A stretch of DNA of 64,000 nt from Alphaproteobacteria bacterium (GTDB lineage Bacteria; Pseudomonadota; Alphaproteobacteria; Rickettsiales; SXRF01): positions 79 through 64,078 of the forward strand of contig JBDHUC010000008.1 in assembly GCA_039808985.1 (NCBI GenBank), written 5' to 3'. The notes beneath the pieces are model-generated. The model was not told the origin of the DNA, searched no databases, and saw nothing but the letters and a program-made list of their open reading frames with translations. Made by a program: the position numbers and the translations under genes. How positions within the stretch are numbered: the first letter of the stretch is position 1; every line of letters begins with the position of its first letter. Shown one piece after another: positions 8,783 to 20,298 of this stretch.

Positions 8783-9496
8783 CGCAACCTTCCTTATATC
8801 CATACTAAGGGCATCCATAATAAATAAACTGCCCGATAGCGACCTGCCGCTTCCAAGAAGCTCCTTAATAACTTCCAGCGCCTGCATGCTCCCCATTATG
8901 CCAGCAAGCGGCCCGATTATACCCTCCTGCGCACAGGAAATTTCGCGCGCAGGCATCTGCGGCACTAAACAACGGTAACAGGGATGCTGGTTGCCCAGAT
9001 AAGGTTTAAAAGTAGAAATCTGTGCCGAAAACCCGCTTATGGCAGCAGAAACAAGCGTTTTTTTCGCGGCCATACATCCATCGCTTACTGCAAAGCGCGT
9101 TTCAAAATTATCGCAGCCATCGGCTACAATATCAAAACCGCTTATAAATTTTTTAGCATTCTGCGCAGTTATTTTTTCTTCAAAAATCTCTACCTTGCAA
9201 TCTGGATTTACTTCGTGAATCCTGTCGCGCGCCGCCTGCGCCTTGCCCCTTCCTATATCGGCAGTTTCAAATAACACCTGCCTTTGCAGGTTGGAAAGTT
9301 CCACCCGGTCAGGCTCTATAATTCCGATATGGCCGATACCGGCGGCAGAGAGATAGGCTATAACCGCACTACCCAGCCCACCGGCACCGATAACCAGAAC
9401 TTTTGACGCCAGCAGTTTTTCCTGCCCTTCCTGCCCTATTTCAGGCAGCACAACATGACGGGCGTAGCGGCGTTCCTGCTCGGAGTTCAGTGCCAT
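8717..9496 (-). CDS. ThiF/MoeB/HesA-family adenylyltransferase (E1-like sulfur-carrier activating enzyme)
   Basis: MALNSEQERRYARHVVLPEIG start, nucleotide-binding loop VLVIGAGGLGS, and two CxxC pairs (CYRC, CSFC). I chose the ATG at 9496, 1 nt from the cysK stop, rather than the ORF-track start at 9550, which overlaps cysK. Confidence 0.85.
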   Translation of the reverse strand: MALNSEQERRYARHVVLPEIGQEGQEKLLASKVLVIGAGGLGSAVIAYLSAAGIGHIGIIEPDRVELSNLQRQVLFETADIGRGKAQAARDRIHEVNPDCKVEIFEEKITAQNAKKFISGFDIVADGCDNFETRFAVSDGCMAAKKTLVSAAISGFSAQISTFKPYLGNQHPCYRCLVPQMPAREISCAQEGIIGPLAGIMGSMQALEVIKELLGSGRSLSGSLFIMDALSMDIRKVALLPDPFCSFCLKGDQVSPVGS

Positions 9497-9497
9497 T

Positions 9498-10457
9498 TTA
9501 CTCCGCAAACAAATCGGTAGAAAGATAACGCTCAGCAGACGAAGCGGCAATTACCACAATGAGCTTGCCTTTCATTTCCGGGCGCGCGCCAACTTCAAGC
9601 GCCGCAGCAATCGTTGCGCCAGAAGAAATACCAACCGGGATACCTTCGAGCTTCGCAGTTTTACGCGCAGTGGCAAATGCGGTTTCATTTCCTATGGTCA
9701 CTACTTCATCTATAAGTTCTTTGTCCAGCACATCGGGTATGAAACCAGCGCCAAGGCCCTGTATCTTATGTGGGCCGGGCTTGCCGCCAGAGAGTATGGC
9801 GCTGTCTTCGGGTTCCACAGCGATAATTTTCACGCCGGGTTTGCGTTTTTTAAGCACCTGTGCAACGCCGGTTATTGTTCCACCAGTTCCAATTCCGGTT
9901 ATGAATACATCCACTTTTCCATCAGTATCAGCCCAGACTTCTTCGGCGGTAGTAAGGCGGTGTATCTCGGGGTTGGCAGGGTTTTTGAACTGCTGCACCA
10001 TGATCGCGTTTTTGTTTTCGGCAACAATAGCTTCGGCGCGCTCTATAGCACCGCGCATGCCTTTTGCCGCCGGGGTAAGCTCCAGCTCTGCGCCTAAATG
10101 CTTAAGTATCTTGCGGCGCTCAAGCGACATGCTTTCTGGCATGGTTAGTATAAGACGGTAGCCTTTAGCAGCGCATACAAACGCCAGGGCGATGCCAGTA
10201 TTGCCGGAAGTGGATTCAACAAGGATTGTATCCTTGTTTATTTTGCCGCTGGCTTCACCGGCTTCTACCATCGAAAGCGCGATACGATCCTTAACCGAAG
10301 AAAGCGGATTATAAAATTCGGCCTTAACCACAATGTCTGCAACCACACCAGCTTCTTTTGCAAGGCGGTGCAGGCGGATAAGAGGCGTATTGCCAACGGT
10401 TTCGATGATATTGTCATATATATGGCCACGGCCCGGTTTATCTAGTTTAGCTTTCAT
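9498..10457 (-). CDS. cysK: cysteine synthase A (O-acetylserine sulfhydrylase)
   Basis: 319-aa ORF with the PLP-lysine motif NPLSSVKDR, the TSGNTG loop and [10 protein letters not shown]. Confidence 0.9.
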   Translation of the reverse strand: MKAKLDKPGRGHIYDNIIETVGNTPLIRLHRLAKEAGVVADIVVKAEFYNPLSSVKDRIALSMVEAGEASGKINKDTILVESTSGNTGIALAFVCAAKGYRLILTMPESMSLERRKILKHLGAELELTPAAKGMRGAIERAEAIVAENKNAIMVQQFKNPANPEIHRLTTAEEVWADTDGKVDVFITGIGTGGTITGVAQVLKKRKPGVKIIAVEPEDSAILSGGKPGPHKIQGLGAGFIPDVLDKELIDEVVTIGNETAFATARKTAKLEGIPVGISSGATIAAALEVGARPEMKGKLIVVIAASSAERYLSTDLFAE

Positions 10458-10475
10458 TTTTTTGCTCCTTGACTG

Positions 10476-10925
10476 TTAAATTGTGAAATCTGATTTTTCT
10501 TCCGAGGTTTTGCGAATATGTTTTTGTTCCGCCTGCTCACATAATTCCGCCAGGCTTATTTCTTTCATATGGTTCATCATTGCATTATCGAGGTTGCGCC
10601 ATAGAGGCTGCACGATAAGCTCACCAACCTGGGTCGGTTTATAGCCATTATGGTCGTCTTCTTTTTCCACCCCAAGCGTAGTATAAATATCGGCGATGGT
10701 TATTCTTCTGCGCTCACGCGCCAGCACATAACCGCCATGCGGACCGCGCACCCCGCGCAGCAAACCGCCGCGCACAAGCTTCTGCATAAGCTGCTCCAGG
10801 TAGCGTGGGGGCAGGCCTTGGCGCTGGGCTATATCACGGCTGGAAATCGCGCCATGCCCGGCATTATAGGCTATCGTAACCATAGCCTCGACAACATAAA
10901 ATAATTTGCGCGATGGGGAAATCAT
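10476..10925 (-). CDS. Rrf2-family transcriptional regulator lacking the three-Cys Fe-S ligand set
   Basis: 149-aa ORF with a winged-helix region ([43 protein letters not shown]). It contains a single Cys (ELCEQ). Its start overlaps the dut stop (ATGA). Confidence 0.8.
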   Translation of the reverse strand: MISPSRKLFYVVEAMVTIAYNAGHGAISSRDIAQRQGLPPRYLEQLMQKLVRGGLLRGVRGPHGGYVLARERRRITIADIYTTLGVEKEDDHNGYKPTQVGELIVQPLWRNLDNAMMNHMKEISLAELCEQAEQKHIRKTSEEKSDFTI

Positions 10926-11377
10926 GCCAGTTTTTTTACCCCCGTAGAACCAAAGCCACCTGCACTGCGCTGCGTATCATCCAGCGATTCGACTTCCTGC
11001 CATTTAACCTGTGCTACCGGGGCGATCACCATCTGGGCGATGCGCATACCCCGCGTAATCACGAAATCTTCCTGCCCCAGATTTATCATCAGGACTTTTA
11101 TTTCACCACGGTAATCAGCATCAATAGTCCCCGGTGTATTTAAAAGGGTAATACCATTTTTCAGGGCAAGGCCGGAGCGTGGGCGGATCTGCGCTTCATA
11201 CCCTTCTGGAAGGGCTATTGCAATACCAGCCGGGACAAGGGCACGCGCAAATGGAGCAAGGGTTATATCGTTGTCAATAGCAGCCATCAGGTCGGCCCCG
11301 GCGGCATGCTCAGTTGCATAGGCCGGAAGAGGTAGATCCCCGCCATTGGCAAGCTTTATAATTTTTACACCGGTCAT
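10922..11377 (-). CDS. dut: dUTP diphosphatase
   Basis: 151-aa ORF with motifs [25 protein letters not shown] and GGFGSTG. Confidence 0.92.
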   Translation of the reverse strand: MTGVKIIKLANGGDLPLPAYATEHAAGADLMAAIDNDITLAPFARALVPAGIAIALPEGYEAQIRPRSGLALKNGITLLNTPGTIDADYRGEIKVLMINLGQEDFVITRGMRIAQMVIAPVAQVKWQEVESLDDTQRSAGGFGSTGVKKLA

Positions 11378-12579
11378 TATTTTTTCTTCCTGTTTTCAAA
11401 TTGATCACTAATTTTTTCCACCAGCTTCTGCGCAACGGATTGCTTGCTCATGCTGCCCCAACTTTCATTTTCTTTAGCGCTTACGAATAATATCTCATTC
11501 ATATCAGAATCGAAAACCTTACCGTCGGAAACATCGTTAGCCAGTATCCAGTCACAATTTTTGCGAGCCAGTTTTTCTTTGGCATTCTTTTCCAGATTTT
11601 CCGTTTCGGCTGCGAAACCAATAACCAGATTCGGGCGCTTTTTGTGGTTGGAAATTGTTTTAAGTATATCAGGATTTTCAGCAAGTTTTAAAACCGGGGC
11701 AGCCGCGCCGGGTTTTTTCTTTATTTTATTTCCGGCAGTGGATTCGGGGCGGAAATCAGAAACCGCAGCAGTGAAAACCGCTATATCGGCGGGCAGTGAT
11801 TTTTCACAGGCCTCCAGCATTTCCTGCGCGCTGGTGATTCTTAGCAGCTTTACATTAGCAGGAGCTGGCAATGCAGCGCCGCTTATAAGCGTAACCTGGG
11901 CGCCTGCCCCAGCCAGGGCTTCGGCTATGGCATAGCCTTGTTTTCCTGACGACCTGTTGCTTATGAAGCGCACAGGATCGATGGCCTCTATGGTTGCCCC
12001 GGCAGTTACGATGGCTTTAAAATTACTTAGCAGTGAGTGGCGAGTGGTGAGTTTTGAAAAAATCTTTTCGGCAATAACATCGACTTCAGCCATACGCCCC
12101 TGCCCTGTTTCGCCGCAGGCCAGCATACCGGAACCCGGCTCGATAATTTCTGCGCCATCAGCTTTTATCTGCGCCAAATTACGCCTGGTTGCAGGATTGC
12201 TCCACATATAGCTATTCATAGCAGGAGCTACAAGCAGCGGTTTATTGCTGGCAAGCAATGTTGCGCTGGCAAGGTCACTTGCAAGTCCTGCCGCCATTTT
12301 AGCGATAATATCGGCTGATGCGGGAGCAACGACAACAATATCAGCCTCCCGCGAAAGCCGTATATGCCCCATCTCGGTTTCGTCTTTAAGCGACCACAGG
12401 TCATTATAAACCGTGTTCTCGGTAAGGGCCGCAACAGCCAGCGGGGTTACGAAACGCTCGCCCGACTTCGTAAGCACGCAACGCACCATAATACCACGCT
12501 CGCGCAGTCGCCTGATAAGCTCCAATGACTTATAGGCGGCAATACTGCCGGTAATGATAAGCAAAACAGATTTCTGCAT
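11377..12579 (-). CDS. coaBC: bifunctional phosphopantothenoylcysteine decarboxylase / phosphopantothenate-cysteine ligase
   Basis: 400-aa ORF with an N-terminal flavoprotein domain ([14 protein letters not shown]) and a C-terminal CoaB domain ([10 protein letters not shown]). Confidence 0.92.
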   Translation of the reverse strand: MQKSVLLIITGSIAAYKSLELIRRLRERGIMVRCVLTKSGERFVTPLAVAALTENTVYNDLWSLKDETEMGHIRLSREADIVVVAPASADIIAKMAAGLASDLASATLLASNKPLLVAPAMNSYMWSNPATRRNLAQIKADGAEIIEPGSGMLACGETGQGRMAEVDVIAEKIFSKLTTRHSLLSNFKAIVTAGATIEAIDPVRFISNRSSGKQGYAIAEALAGAGAQVTLISGAALPAPANVKLLRITSAQEMLEACEKSLPADIAVFTAAVSDFRPESTAGNKIKKKPGAAAPVLKLAENPDILKTISNHKKRPNLVIGFAAETENLEKNAKEKLARKNCDWILANDVSDGKVFDSDMNEILFVSAKENESWGSMSKQSVAQKLVEKISDQFENRKKK

Positions 12580-12639
12580 GGGGATATGTAATTTATTTTA
12601 ATTTACGGATATTTTATGTAACTAGCATATTATAGCTAA

Positions 12640-15291
12640 TTAAGCAAGAGTTTCTGCCTTATTTTTAAGCTTATAGAGCAAATCCAACGCCTCACGCGGG
12701 GAAAGATTATCTGGCGAAATATTATTTATTTCCTGCACTAATTCAGAGAATTTTGATGGTATTTGCGGCTGCTGTTCATAAGAAAAAAGCGGCAGGCTGC
12801 CGCCAAGGCGCGGCGCGGCTCTCTGATCCTGCTCCAACTGGTGCAAAATATCAGAAGCGCGGGTTAGAACCGATGCGGGAAGACCGGCCAGACGCGCAAC
12901 ATGAATACCGTAAGACCTGTCAGCCGCGCCATTTGCAACCTCATGCAAAAACACCAGTTCACCTTTCCATTCCTTCACTTTCATCGTGTGGCAGGAAAGG
13001 GAATTAAGGCTGGAAGTAAGCTCGGTAAGTTCGTGATAGTGGGTGGCGAAAAGGCCACGGCATTTTATTGTATTATGGAGATGCTCAACCACCGCCCAGG
13101 CTATGGAAAGCCCATCGAAGGTTGCGGTGCCGCGCCCGATTTCATCAAGTATCACTAATGAACGGCTGGTCGCCTGGTGAAGTATGGTTGCGGTTTCCAC
13201 CATCTCCACCATGAAGGTTGAATGGCCGCGTGCGAGATCGTCGGCTGCCCCTACGCGGCTGAAAAGCCTGTCCACAATACCGATAGTTGCCGACTGCGCA
13301 GGCACAAAAGCCCCGGTCTGCGCAAGTATGACGATAAGTGCATTCTGGCGCAGGAAAGTGCTTTTACCTGCCATATTTGGCCCGGTAAGCAGCCACAGGC
13401 GCTGCATGTTTTCAAGGTTGCAGCCATTTCCCATAAATGCCACACCATCTTTTTTCAGGCTATCTTCAACCACCGGATGCCTGCCGCCTTTAATGTCGAA
13501 GGCCAGGTCGTTTGAAACCTGTGGGCGAATATAGTTTCTGCCGATAGCAAGATGAGCAAGTGCAGTGCTTACATCCACCTGCGCTACTGCACGGGCGGTG
13601 GTTATTATTTTTGTGCCAGCCACTGTTATCTGCTCCAGCAACCCTGCAAATATCTCCTGCTCAAGCTTAAGCGCATTACCGGCAGCTTCATTTATCCTGC
13701 GTTCAAGGCCAGAAAGCTCCACCGTGCTGTAGCGCAGGTTATTAGCCAATGTCTGGCGGTGGATAAAATCATTGGTTATCTTGCCCTGGTGGGCCTGTGT
13801 TATCTCCACAAAATAGCCAAGCATATTATTGAAGCGGATTTTAAGGGTAGAAATACCGGTCATTTCAATATAGCGCTGCTGGAGAGCAAGTATCGATTTC
13901 TGGCTTTCATCGCGCAGGTTGCGCAACTCATCAAGGGCCGCAGAATAGCCATTCTTCACAAAATTCCCATCCCGTGCGAACATCGGGCATTCAGGTTTTA
14001 AAATATTGCGGATATTTTCACTAAGCGTTTCATGCCCACCAAGGACCGGCAGCATTTCATAAAGATTTTCGGGTAGCGATTTGCTTATAAACTCAAGTGC
14101 CACGCGCACCGATTGCGCGGCATTAAGGCCAGCAGCTATCACCAGTGCATCACGCGGTCCGCCACGGTTTAAGCACAGGCGCGAAAGGGCGCGCTCCACA
14201 TCCGGGCATTCTTTCAGGTAAGCCCGTATTGAGTTGCGCAAATCAGATTTCTCGGCAAATAGCTGCACATTATCAAGCCGTTCATTTATTTTTTTTATGT
14301 CGGTAAGCGGTGCGGAAAGCTGCGCGCAAAGCAGCCGCGCCCCTGCCGAAGTTATGGTTTCATCAATCACAGAAAACAAACTTCCCTTACGCCTGCCAGA
14401 TAATGTCTGCATCAGCTCTAAATTGCGCTGGCTGGCTGCGTCGATAAGCAGGTGTCCGCCGCTTATTTCCCGGCGCGGTGCATCGAGCCTCGGCAGATTT
14501 TCTTTCTGGGTAAGTTTTACATAATCAAGCAACGCGCCACACGCGGAAAACTCCTGAGCTGAGAATTCCCCAAACACCTCAAGGCTTGCAAGGTTATAGG
14601 CTTCTTTCAGTATCCTCTCGCCCCTTCTTGAATCAAAAAGATTATCGGCAAGGGGGGCGAATATGGGCCTGAAATCCTTTATTTCGTCAATTGCGGTAAG
14701 GCTTTCGGGAAGCAGCAATTCGCGCGGGTTGATGCGTGAAAGTTCCATTGCGATTGTCTGCCTGAGTGCGCTTATAACATGGAACTCCCCGGTGGAAATA
14801 TCCAGCCAGGCAATTACATAATCGCTAGCTGGCACCCTGACCAGGGCCGCAAGATAATTCGCCTGGCGCGCATCCAGCAGGCTTTCTTCGGTGATGGTTC
14901 CGGGGGTTACTATACGCACTACATCACGCTGGATTATTGCCTTATAGCCACGTTTTTTAGCCTCAGCCGGGTCCTCAAGCTGCTCACAAATCGCAACACG
15001 CACCCCGGCGCGGATGAGCTTTTCCAGATAATATTCATGCGAATGGACGGGAACGCCGCACATAGGAATATCCTCGCCATTATGCCTGCCACGCTTGGTA
15101 AGGGCAATGTCGAGTATGTTTGCGGCCTTTATGGCATCGTCAAAAAACAGCTCATAGAAATCGCCCATGCGGTAAAAAAGCATGCAATCGGCGTGTTTCG
15201 CTTTGATAGCAAGAAACTGCTGCATGGCAGGAGTTACGCCCTCCTGCGCATCAGCCGGTACGATTTTTCCTGCGAGTGCTCCCTGGTTCAT
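12640..15291 (-). CDS. mutS: DNA mismatch repair protein MutS
   Basis: 883-aa ORF with [19 protein letters not shown], Walker [10 protein letters not shown] and the STFMVEM motif. Confidence 0.95.
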   Translation of the reverse strand: MNQGALAGKIVPADAQEGVTPAMQQFLAIKAKHADCMLFYRMGDFYELFFDDAIKAANILDIALTKRGRHNGEDIPMCGVPVHSHEYYLEKLIRAGVRVAICEQLEDPAEAKKRGYKAIIQRDVVRIVTPGTITEESLLDARQANYLAALVRVPASDYVIAWLDISTGEFHVISALRQTIAMELSRINPRELLLPESLTAIDEIKDFRPIFAPLADNLFDSRRGERILKEAYNLASLEVFGEFSAQEFSACGALLDYVKLTQKENLPRLDAPRREISGGHLLIDAASQRNLELMQTLSGRRKGSLFSVIDETITSAGARLLCAQLSAPLTDIKKINERLDNVQLFAEKSDLRNSIRAYLKECPDVERALSRLCLNRGGPRDALVIAAGLNAAQSVRVALEFISKSLPENLYEMLPVLGGHETLSENIRNILKPECPMFARDGNFVKNGYSAALDELRNLRDESQKSILALQQRYIEMTGISTLKIRFNNMLGYFVEITQAHQGKITNDFIHRQTLANNLRYSTVELSGLERRINEAAGNALKLEQEIFAGLLEQITVAGTKIITTARAVAQVDVSTALAHLAIGRNYIRPQVSNDLAFDIKGGRHPVVEDSLKKDGVAFMGNGCNLENMQRLWLLTGPNMAGKSTFLRQNALIVILAQTGAFVPAQSATIGIVDRLFSRVGAADDLARGHSTFMVEMVETATILHQATSRSLVILDEIGRGTATFDGLSIAWAVVEHLHNTIKCRGLFATHYHELTELTSSLNSLSCHTMKVKEWKGELVFLHEVANGAADRSYGIHVARLAGLPASVLTRASDILHQLEQDQRAAPRLGGSLPLFSYEQQPQIPSKFSELVQEINNISPDNLSPREALDLLYKLKNKAETLA

Positions 15292-15331
15292 AACCGCAGA
15301 TTAGCAGTTAAAACTCCAGACTCAAGCCGAT

Positions 15332-17458
15332 TTATGCTGCGCGTATCTTGCTCAGGAACGCATCAACCTGGGTATTTAACCCTTCAGCATGCTTGGAAAG
15401 CTCCTGCGAAGCGCTAAACATCTGCTCTGCAGCATTGCCTGACTGGGCAGCAGAGCTGCTTACATCATTAAGGTTCTGCGATATAGTCTGCGTTCCTGAT
15501 GCTGCGCTCTGCATGCTTTTTGCAATATCATTAGTTGTAGCAGACTGCTCCTCTACCGCCGAAGCAACACTGGAGGCAGCTTCGGAAATTGAATCAACCG
15601 ATGCTTTGATTTCATTTAAAGCACTCACAATAGCGTGCGAAGCGGCGCGCATTTCTTCAACCACAACTTTTATTTCAATAACAGATTTATCAGTCTGGCC
15701 AGCGAGATTCTTGACTTCATTGGCAACAACCGCAAAGCCTTTTCCTGCCTCCCCTGCCCGCGCTGATTCAATTGTTGCGTTAAGCGCCAGCAAATTTATC
15801 TGCCCGGAAATTTCAGAAATCATTTCCATGGCACTGCTTACCTTATCAGACGATTGCGTAAGCGCATTGGCAAGGGCATCCGCATTAGATGTTTTTTCTC
15901 CTGACTGGGTAACAAGGCTGGTAGTTTTATGGAACTGGCTTGATATTTCCTTAACTGATGCAGACAGCTCTTCTGTTGCCGCGGCCACAGCCTGTACATT
16001 CGACATAGTAAGGGTAGCTGCGCTGGCCGCATCGCTTGTTTTAGCCACGCTTCCATTTATCGCCATCATCATATTCTGGGCTGTTTGTGAAAGCTCGGTT
16101 GATGCCGCCGCCACAATATTTACAATTCCTTTTACACTATTTTCAAAATCGTTTGCCAGCTTTTCCTGCATTTCCTTCTTGTTTTGCTCAACCTCTGCTT
16201 TTTCATAATCAGCATAAGCAAGCTTGGACTGAATAGCCTTTAGAGTTACCAGTATATTGCCCAGCTCATCTTCGGTTGCTTCTATTTCCGTATTTAAATT
16301 GCCGCCTAGAATCGAAGTAAGGCGTGAACCAAGATACGATAATTTATTGCTGAAAAACTTATGCAGGTAGCGTGATGATAAAAACGCAAATCCTACGCCA
16401 AATACAATCACACACAAAGACACCCAAACCCCTATTGTGAAATTATCCCGCCCGATTTTATATTCCTGTTCGGCAACGGAAAGCTGTAAATCAATCAGCT
16501 CGGAGTTGGTAGCAGATGCTTTTTTAAATAACTCCATTGATTTTGGCAGAAATTGCGCAAGCTCGCTGGTTTTCCCGGCTTTAGCCAAAGAAATTGCAGG
16601 GGTAAGGCCATTATCAAAAAAATCTTTTCGTTCAGCAGCATATTTTTTCGCTAAAATTTCCTCTTCAGGCGTAAGGTAGGTTGCCATATAAGCATCCCAG
16701 GTTTCTGTTATCTTGCGGGTATTTTTATCTATTTGTTCGAGCGATGCCCCACCATCCTGCGCATAGCCAGCCGCCATGGCCGAGATGCTCAGCATGCTTT
16801 GATCCATTAAAGAATTTATACCCGAAAGTTGCCCAGCGGTAACGGTTCGGTCCTCATATACAGTACGCAGGGAATTCTTCATCTCATTACTAAGGAATAA
16901 ACCCGAGCCGCCAATCAAAACCATCATGAAACATAATGCAGCGGCAACCGATGATATTTTCACATCAAGCAATTCAAACTTCCTGGACATGCGCGCCACA
17001 AACGCCGTACTCAATATACGCCCATGCTTTATACACAGGCCTTTGGCGTTCTTTTCCCTGAATTTCCTGTAAATACTATCTACTTCAGCAACAACCTGCC
17101 TTTCTGGCTTGGTGCGGATTGATATATAGCCGGTGAATTTCCCATTTTCGACAGAAGGCGCAGCATTAGCGTAAACCCAATAGTAATCCCCATTTTTGCA
17201 GCGGTTTTTTACATAGCCTCCCCAAGGTATACCAGCTTTCAGGTCAGCCCATAAATCTTCAAAAGCCTCAGTAGGCATTTCTGGATGGCGCACTATATTA
17301 TGAGGCTGCCCTATAAGTTCTTCCTTGGTAAATCCGGAGATGTCTATGAACGCCTTATTTACAAAGGTCAACCTACCCTTTGCGTCAGTCCTGGAAACAA
17401 TCAGGTCTTTATCATTTAATAGTATTTCATTACTGGTAATGGGTTGGTTTATGCGCAT
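15332..17458 (-). CDS. methyl-accepting chemotaxis protein with N-terminal Aer-like PAS domain, periplasmic helical domain, HAMP and MCP signalling domain
   Basis: PAS segment [43 protein letters not shown]. Two TM helices flank a segment of about 170 aa. The MCP hairpin tip is [34 protein letters not shown] prefer the ATG at 17458 (MRINQPIT) over the TTG at 17470 used by the ORF track. Confidence 0.85.
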   Translation of the reverse strand: MRINQPITSNEILLNDKDLIVSRTDAKGRLTFVNKAFIDISGFTKEELIGQPHNIVRHPEMPTEAFEDLWADLKAGIPWGGYVKNRCKNGDYYWVYANAAPSVENGKFTGYISIRTKPERQVVAEVDSIYRKFREKNAKGLCIKHGRILSTAFVARMSRKFELLDVKISSVAAALCFMMVLIGGSGLFLSNEMKNSLRTVYEDRTVTAGQLSGINSLMDQSMLSISAMAAGYAQDGGASLEQIDKNTRKITETWDAYMATYLTPEEEILAKKYAAERKDFFDNGLTPAISLAKAGKTSELAQFLPKSMELFKKASATNSELIDLQLSVAEQEYKIGRDNFTIGVWVSLCVIVFGVGFAFLSSRYLHKFFSNKLSYLGSRLTSILGGNLNTEIEATEDELGNILVTLKAIQSKLAYADYEKAEVEQNKKEMQEKLANDFENSVKGIVNIVAAASTELSQTAQNMMMAINGSVAKTSDAASAATLTMSNVQAVAAATEELSASVKEISSQFHKTTSLVTQSGEKTSNADALANALTQSSDKVSSAMEMISEISGQINLLALNATIESARAGEAGKGFAVVANEVKNLAGQTDKSVIEIKVVVEEMRAASHAIVSALNEIKASVDSISEAASSVASAVEEQSATTNDIAKSMQSAASGTQTISQNLNDVSSSAAQSGNAAEQMFSASQELSKHAEGLNTQVDAFLSKIRAA

Positions 17459-17618
17459 ACATTGCCTCAATAATGGTTATATTTATTTGCTACTTGCGAT
17501 AGCGACAATAGCATAAAAAAAATTATTTTCTATAAATAATTTAAGTTATCAATATGTTGTACCTTATTAAAACAGTCAACTTTATTGCAGGCTATAATTT
17601 ACGCCTTATTATCTGCTA

Positions 17619-18962
17619 TTAATCTTCAGTTTCAGCGTAAGGATTTTTATTCTTTTTTATTTTTATTCTTATCGGGACAGATGGCAGCTTGAAAGTTTCG
17701 CGCAGGCTGTTGGTCAGGTAGCGTATATAGCTATCGGGTATTTCACTGGTGTTGGAAAATAAAATAAAGCTCGGTGGACGCGATGATTTTTGCGTCATGT
17801 AGCGTATCTTGATACGCCGCGAACGCACCAAAGGCGGAGCATGTATCTCCAGTGCTGATTCCAGCCAGCGGTTAAGCGCACCTGTTCCAATCTCTTTATT
17901 CCAAAGCTCATATAAATTAAAACAGGTCTTAAGAAGCTTTGGTATCTGGAACCCGGTTTCTGCTGAGATTGGAACAACCTCCACACCTTTTAGTTGCGGC
18001 AGGGTTTTTTCCAGTATCTCATTTATTGCTTTCAGATAAGCCGGCTTATCAGACACAGTATCCCATTTATTTATGGCAACCACCATTGCGCGCCCTTCCT
18101 GTTCCACCAGCGAAGCTATAGTATTTTCCTGCTTCTCCATCGGAGCCTGTGCGTCAATCACCAATATCACAACATGCGCATACTGCACAGCGCGGAGCGT
18201 ATCAGCAACAGCAAGCCTTTCCACTTTAGCAGTGACATTACTTTTGCGGCGCATACCTGCCGTATCAACCAGCTTAACAGCCCTGCCGCCAAATTCAAAA
18301 TCCACTGCTATGGCATCGCGGGTTATACCAGCTTCAGGGCCGGTAAGCACCCGGTCTTCACCCAATATTTTATTTACCAGGGTTGACTTTCCTACATTGG
18401 GGCGGCCAACAACAGCTATCTGCATTGGAGTATTTATATCTTCTATTACTTCGGTATGTTCACTTTGCTCCTTAGAAAATGGCGCGAGCGCATCATACAA
18501 TTCCGAAAGCCCTTCGCCATGCGCCGCAGAAATTGCAACCGGCTCGCCAAAACCCAGGCGGTAACTTTCAGATATGGTGTCACTGGCCCTCCCGCCTTCG
18601 GACTTGTTCACAACCAGTATGGTTTTTGTTTTTTTCCTGCGCACCAGTTGGGCAAAATGCTTGTCAATCGGGGTTATTCCTGTACGCCCGTCAACCACCA
18701 GCAAGGTAACATCAGCTTCATCTATCGCTTTTTCCGTCTGCGCTGTCATGCGTGCAGCCAGGCTTCCTTCAGGCGCATCTTCCAGCCCTGCCGTGTCAAT
18801 AATGGTGAATTCCATACCGCCAAGGCTTGCGGCTCCCTCGCGCCGGTCACGCGTTACTCCCGGCATATCATCTACCAGGGCATGCTGCTTTCCGGTTAAG
18901 CGGTTAAACAAAGTCGATTTCCCGACATTGGGCCGCCCCGCAACCACAACTGTAAAAGTCAT
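17619..18962 (-). CDS. der: ribosome-associated GTPase Der (EngA)
   Basis: 447-aa ORF with two tandem G domains (GRPNVGKSTLFNRL and GRPNVGKSTLVNKI) and a KH-like C-terminus. Confidence 0.95.
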   Translation of the reverse strand: MTFTVVVAGRPNVGKSTLFNRLTGKQHALVDDMPGVTRDRREGAASLGGMEFTIIDTAGLEDAPEGSLAARMTAQTEKAIDEADVTLLVVDGRTGITPIDKHFAQLVRRKKTKTILVVNKSEGGRASDTISESYRLGFGEPVAISAAHGEGLSELYDALAPFSKEQSEHTEVIEDINTPMQIAVVGRPNVGKSTLVNKILGEDRVLTGPEAGITRDAIAVDFEFGGRAVKLVDTAGMRRKSNVTAKVERLAVADTLRAVQYAHVVILVIDAQAPMEKQENTIASLVEQEGRAMVVAINKWDTVSDKPAYLKAINEILEKTLPQLKGVEVVPISAETGFQIPKLLKTCFNLYELWNKEIGTGALNRWLESALEIHAPPLVRSRRIKIRYMTQKSSRPPSFILFSNTSEIPDSYIRYLTNSLRETFKLPSVPIRIKIKKNKNPYAETED

Positions 18963-18966
18963 ATCG

Positions 18967-20298
18967 CTACTGGAATGAATATAATGTTGCGTCCTGGCTT
19001 ACAAGATACAGCCTGCCGCCTGCAACAACCGGCCTGGTTACGATATTGCCCGGTATAGACTTTGTTTCCAGAACCTTACCACTTACCGCCGCTACCATCA
19101 CCATTTTCCCATTTGAGCTTACCAGCAGCAGCCTGCCGCTGACCATGACCGGGCCACGCCAGGTTATAGGCTTGGTTTTTTCCTTGGCATTCTCATAGCT
19201 GTCCAGTTGCGAAATCCAGCGTATCTTGCCGGTATTTTTTACAAAATCCACCAGCACGTTATCAGTTGTAAGCAGGAATAAATCATCACCAGCAAGCCAT
19301 GGCGTGTTCAATGATGCCACCTGCTGCTGCCATACACGCTGGCCAAGGGCTATGTTTATTGCAGTTGTAAGGCCATTATTGCTGCATGCAAAAGCGATGC
19401 CGTTATCAACAACCGGGCTTCCGCCAATGCCTGAGAACAAACCAGATGCCTGCGTATGTTTGCTTTGCATCAGGCTGTCGCTCCATAGCTCCTTTCCATC
19501 AGCAAGAGAAAGCGCAAATAATTCGCCGGAAGAATAAGGGACAATAACATCATCTCCTGCAATCGTTGGGGATACGCTGTTCATAACCGCTGCGGTTTCA
19601 TCAATACCACGGTGGTCCCATAATATATCACCTGTCCTTGCTGATAGGGCATAAGTCTGGTTATCAATAGTCATTATAACAATTTTAGTGCCAGAAACAG
19701 CGGGAGAACCACGTAATGGCGAAGTAAAATCCCTGCTCCATATTTTAGCGCCGTTCTCAACACTTATGGCAGCCACCTGCCCCTGTCCGGTAGTTGCGTA
19801 AAGAACAGCGCCATCAACCGCCAGGCCGCCGCCTATCACTTCATGCTCGTCCTTATCGGCAACAACTTTGGATTTCCAGCGCACCTTGCTTATATCAGCA
19901 GCATCATGGGCAGAAATAATACCGGCAGAATCCATAACAAAAACTACCCCGCCTGAAACAACCGGATGCGGCACAAGGCTATGCGAGAAATCGTTACCAC
20001 TGCCAACTTTAGCAGAATTTTTATTTTCAAATTTCCCACCAGCCAGATTGGCAAGCTGGGATGTGAACATACCATTGCCCTGCAACCAATTGGTATTTGC
20101 CGTTTCGGCAGGCAATACCGGCGGGCTGTTTCTAAGGGCATCATCTATTTTCAGTTTGCTTTCAACCGGAAGGGCAACCCTGCGTTCGCCGGGAAGCTTG
20201 GCCTTTTCTTCGGTTGCCCCTCCCATCCATGACGGCATATGGCTACAGGCGCCAAGCATACCGGACATAACAAATAACAAGGCTATACGCTTATTCAT
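18967..20298 (-). CDS. bamB: PQQ-like beta-propeller lipoprotein, BamB-like outer-membrane assembly factor
   Basis: 443-aa ORF with lipobox MLGAC and repeated beta-propeller blades. It holds the conserved position between the yfgM-like gene and der. Confidence 0.7.
   Translation of the reverse strand: MNKRIALLFVMSGMLGACSHMPSWMGGATEEKAKLPGERRVALPVESKLKIDDALRNSPPVLPAETANTNWLQGNGMFTSQLANLAGGKFENKNSAKVGSGNDFSHSLVPHPVVSGGVVFVMDSAGIISAHDAADISKVRWKSKVVADKDEHEVIGGGLAVDGAVLYATTGQGQVAAISVENGAKIWSRDFTSPLRGSPAVSGTKIVIMTIDNQTYALSARTGDILWDHRGIDETAAVMNSVSPTIAGDDVIVPYSSGELFALSLADGKELWSDSLMQSKHTQASGLFSGIGGSPVVDNGIAFACSNNGLTTAINIALGQRVWQQQVASLNTPWLAGDDLFLLTTDNVLVDFVKNTGKIRWISQLDSYENAKEKTKPITWRGPVMVSGRLLLVSSNGKMVMVAAVSGKVLETKSIPGNIVTRPVVAGGRLYLVSQDATLYSFQ

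Noticed and set aside
9497-9550. ORF-track N-terminal extension of the ThiF/MoeB-like gene ([18 protein letters not shown]).
   Set aside because: The extension lies entirely within the cysK coding region. The internal ATG at 9496 gives the canonical family start, 1 nt after the cysK stop.
15348-16208. 286-aa plus-strand ORF antisense to the first MCP gene. The second MCP has a similar 378-aa antisense ORF at 50055-51191.
   Set aside because: The translations are low-complexity Ala/Ser/Leu-rich strings with no motifs. Long antisense ORFs are a known artefact of the Ala/Ser/Glu-rich heptad coding of MCP signalling domains. The minus-strand products carry unmistakable MCP motifs.
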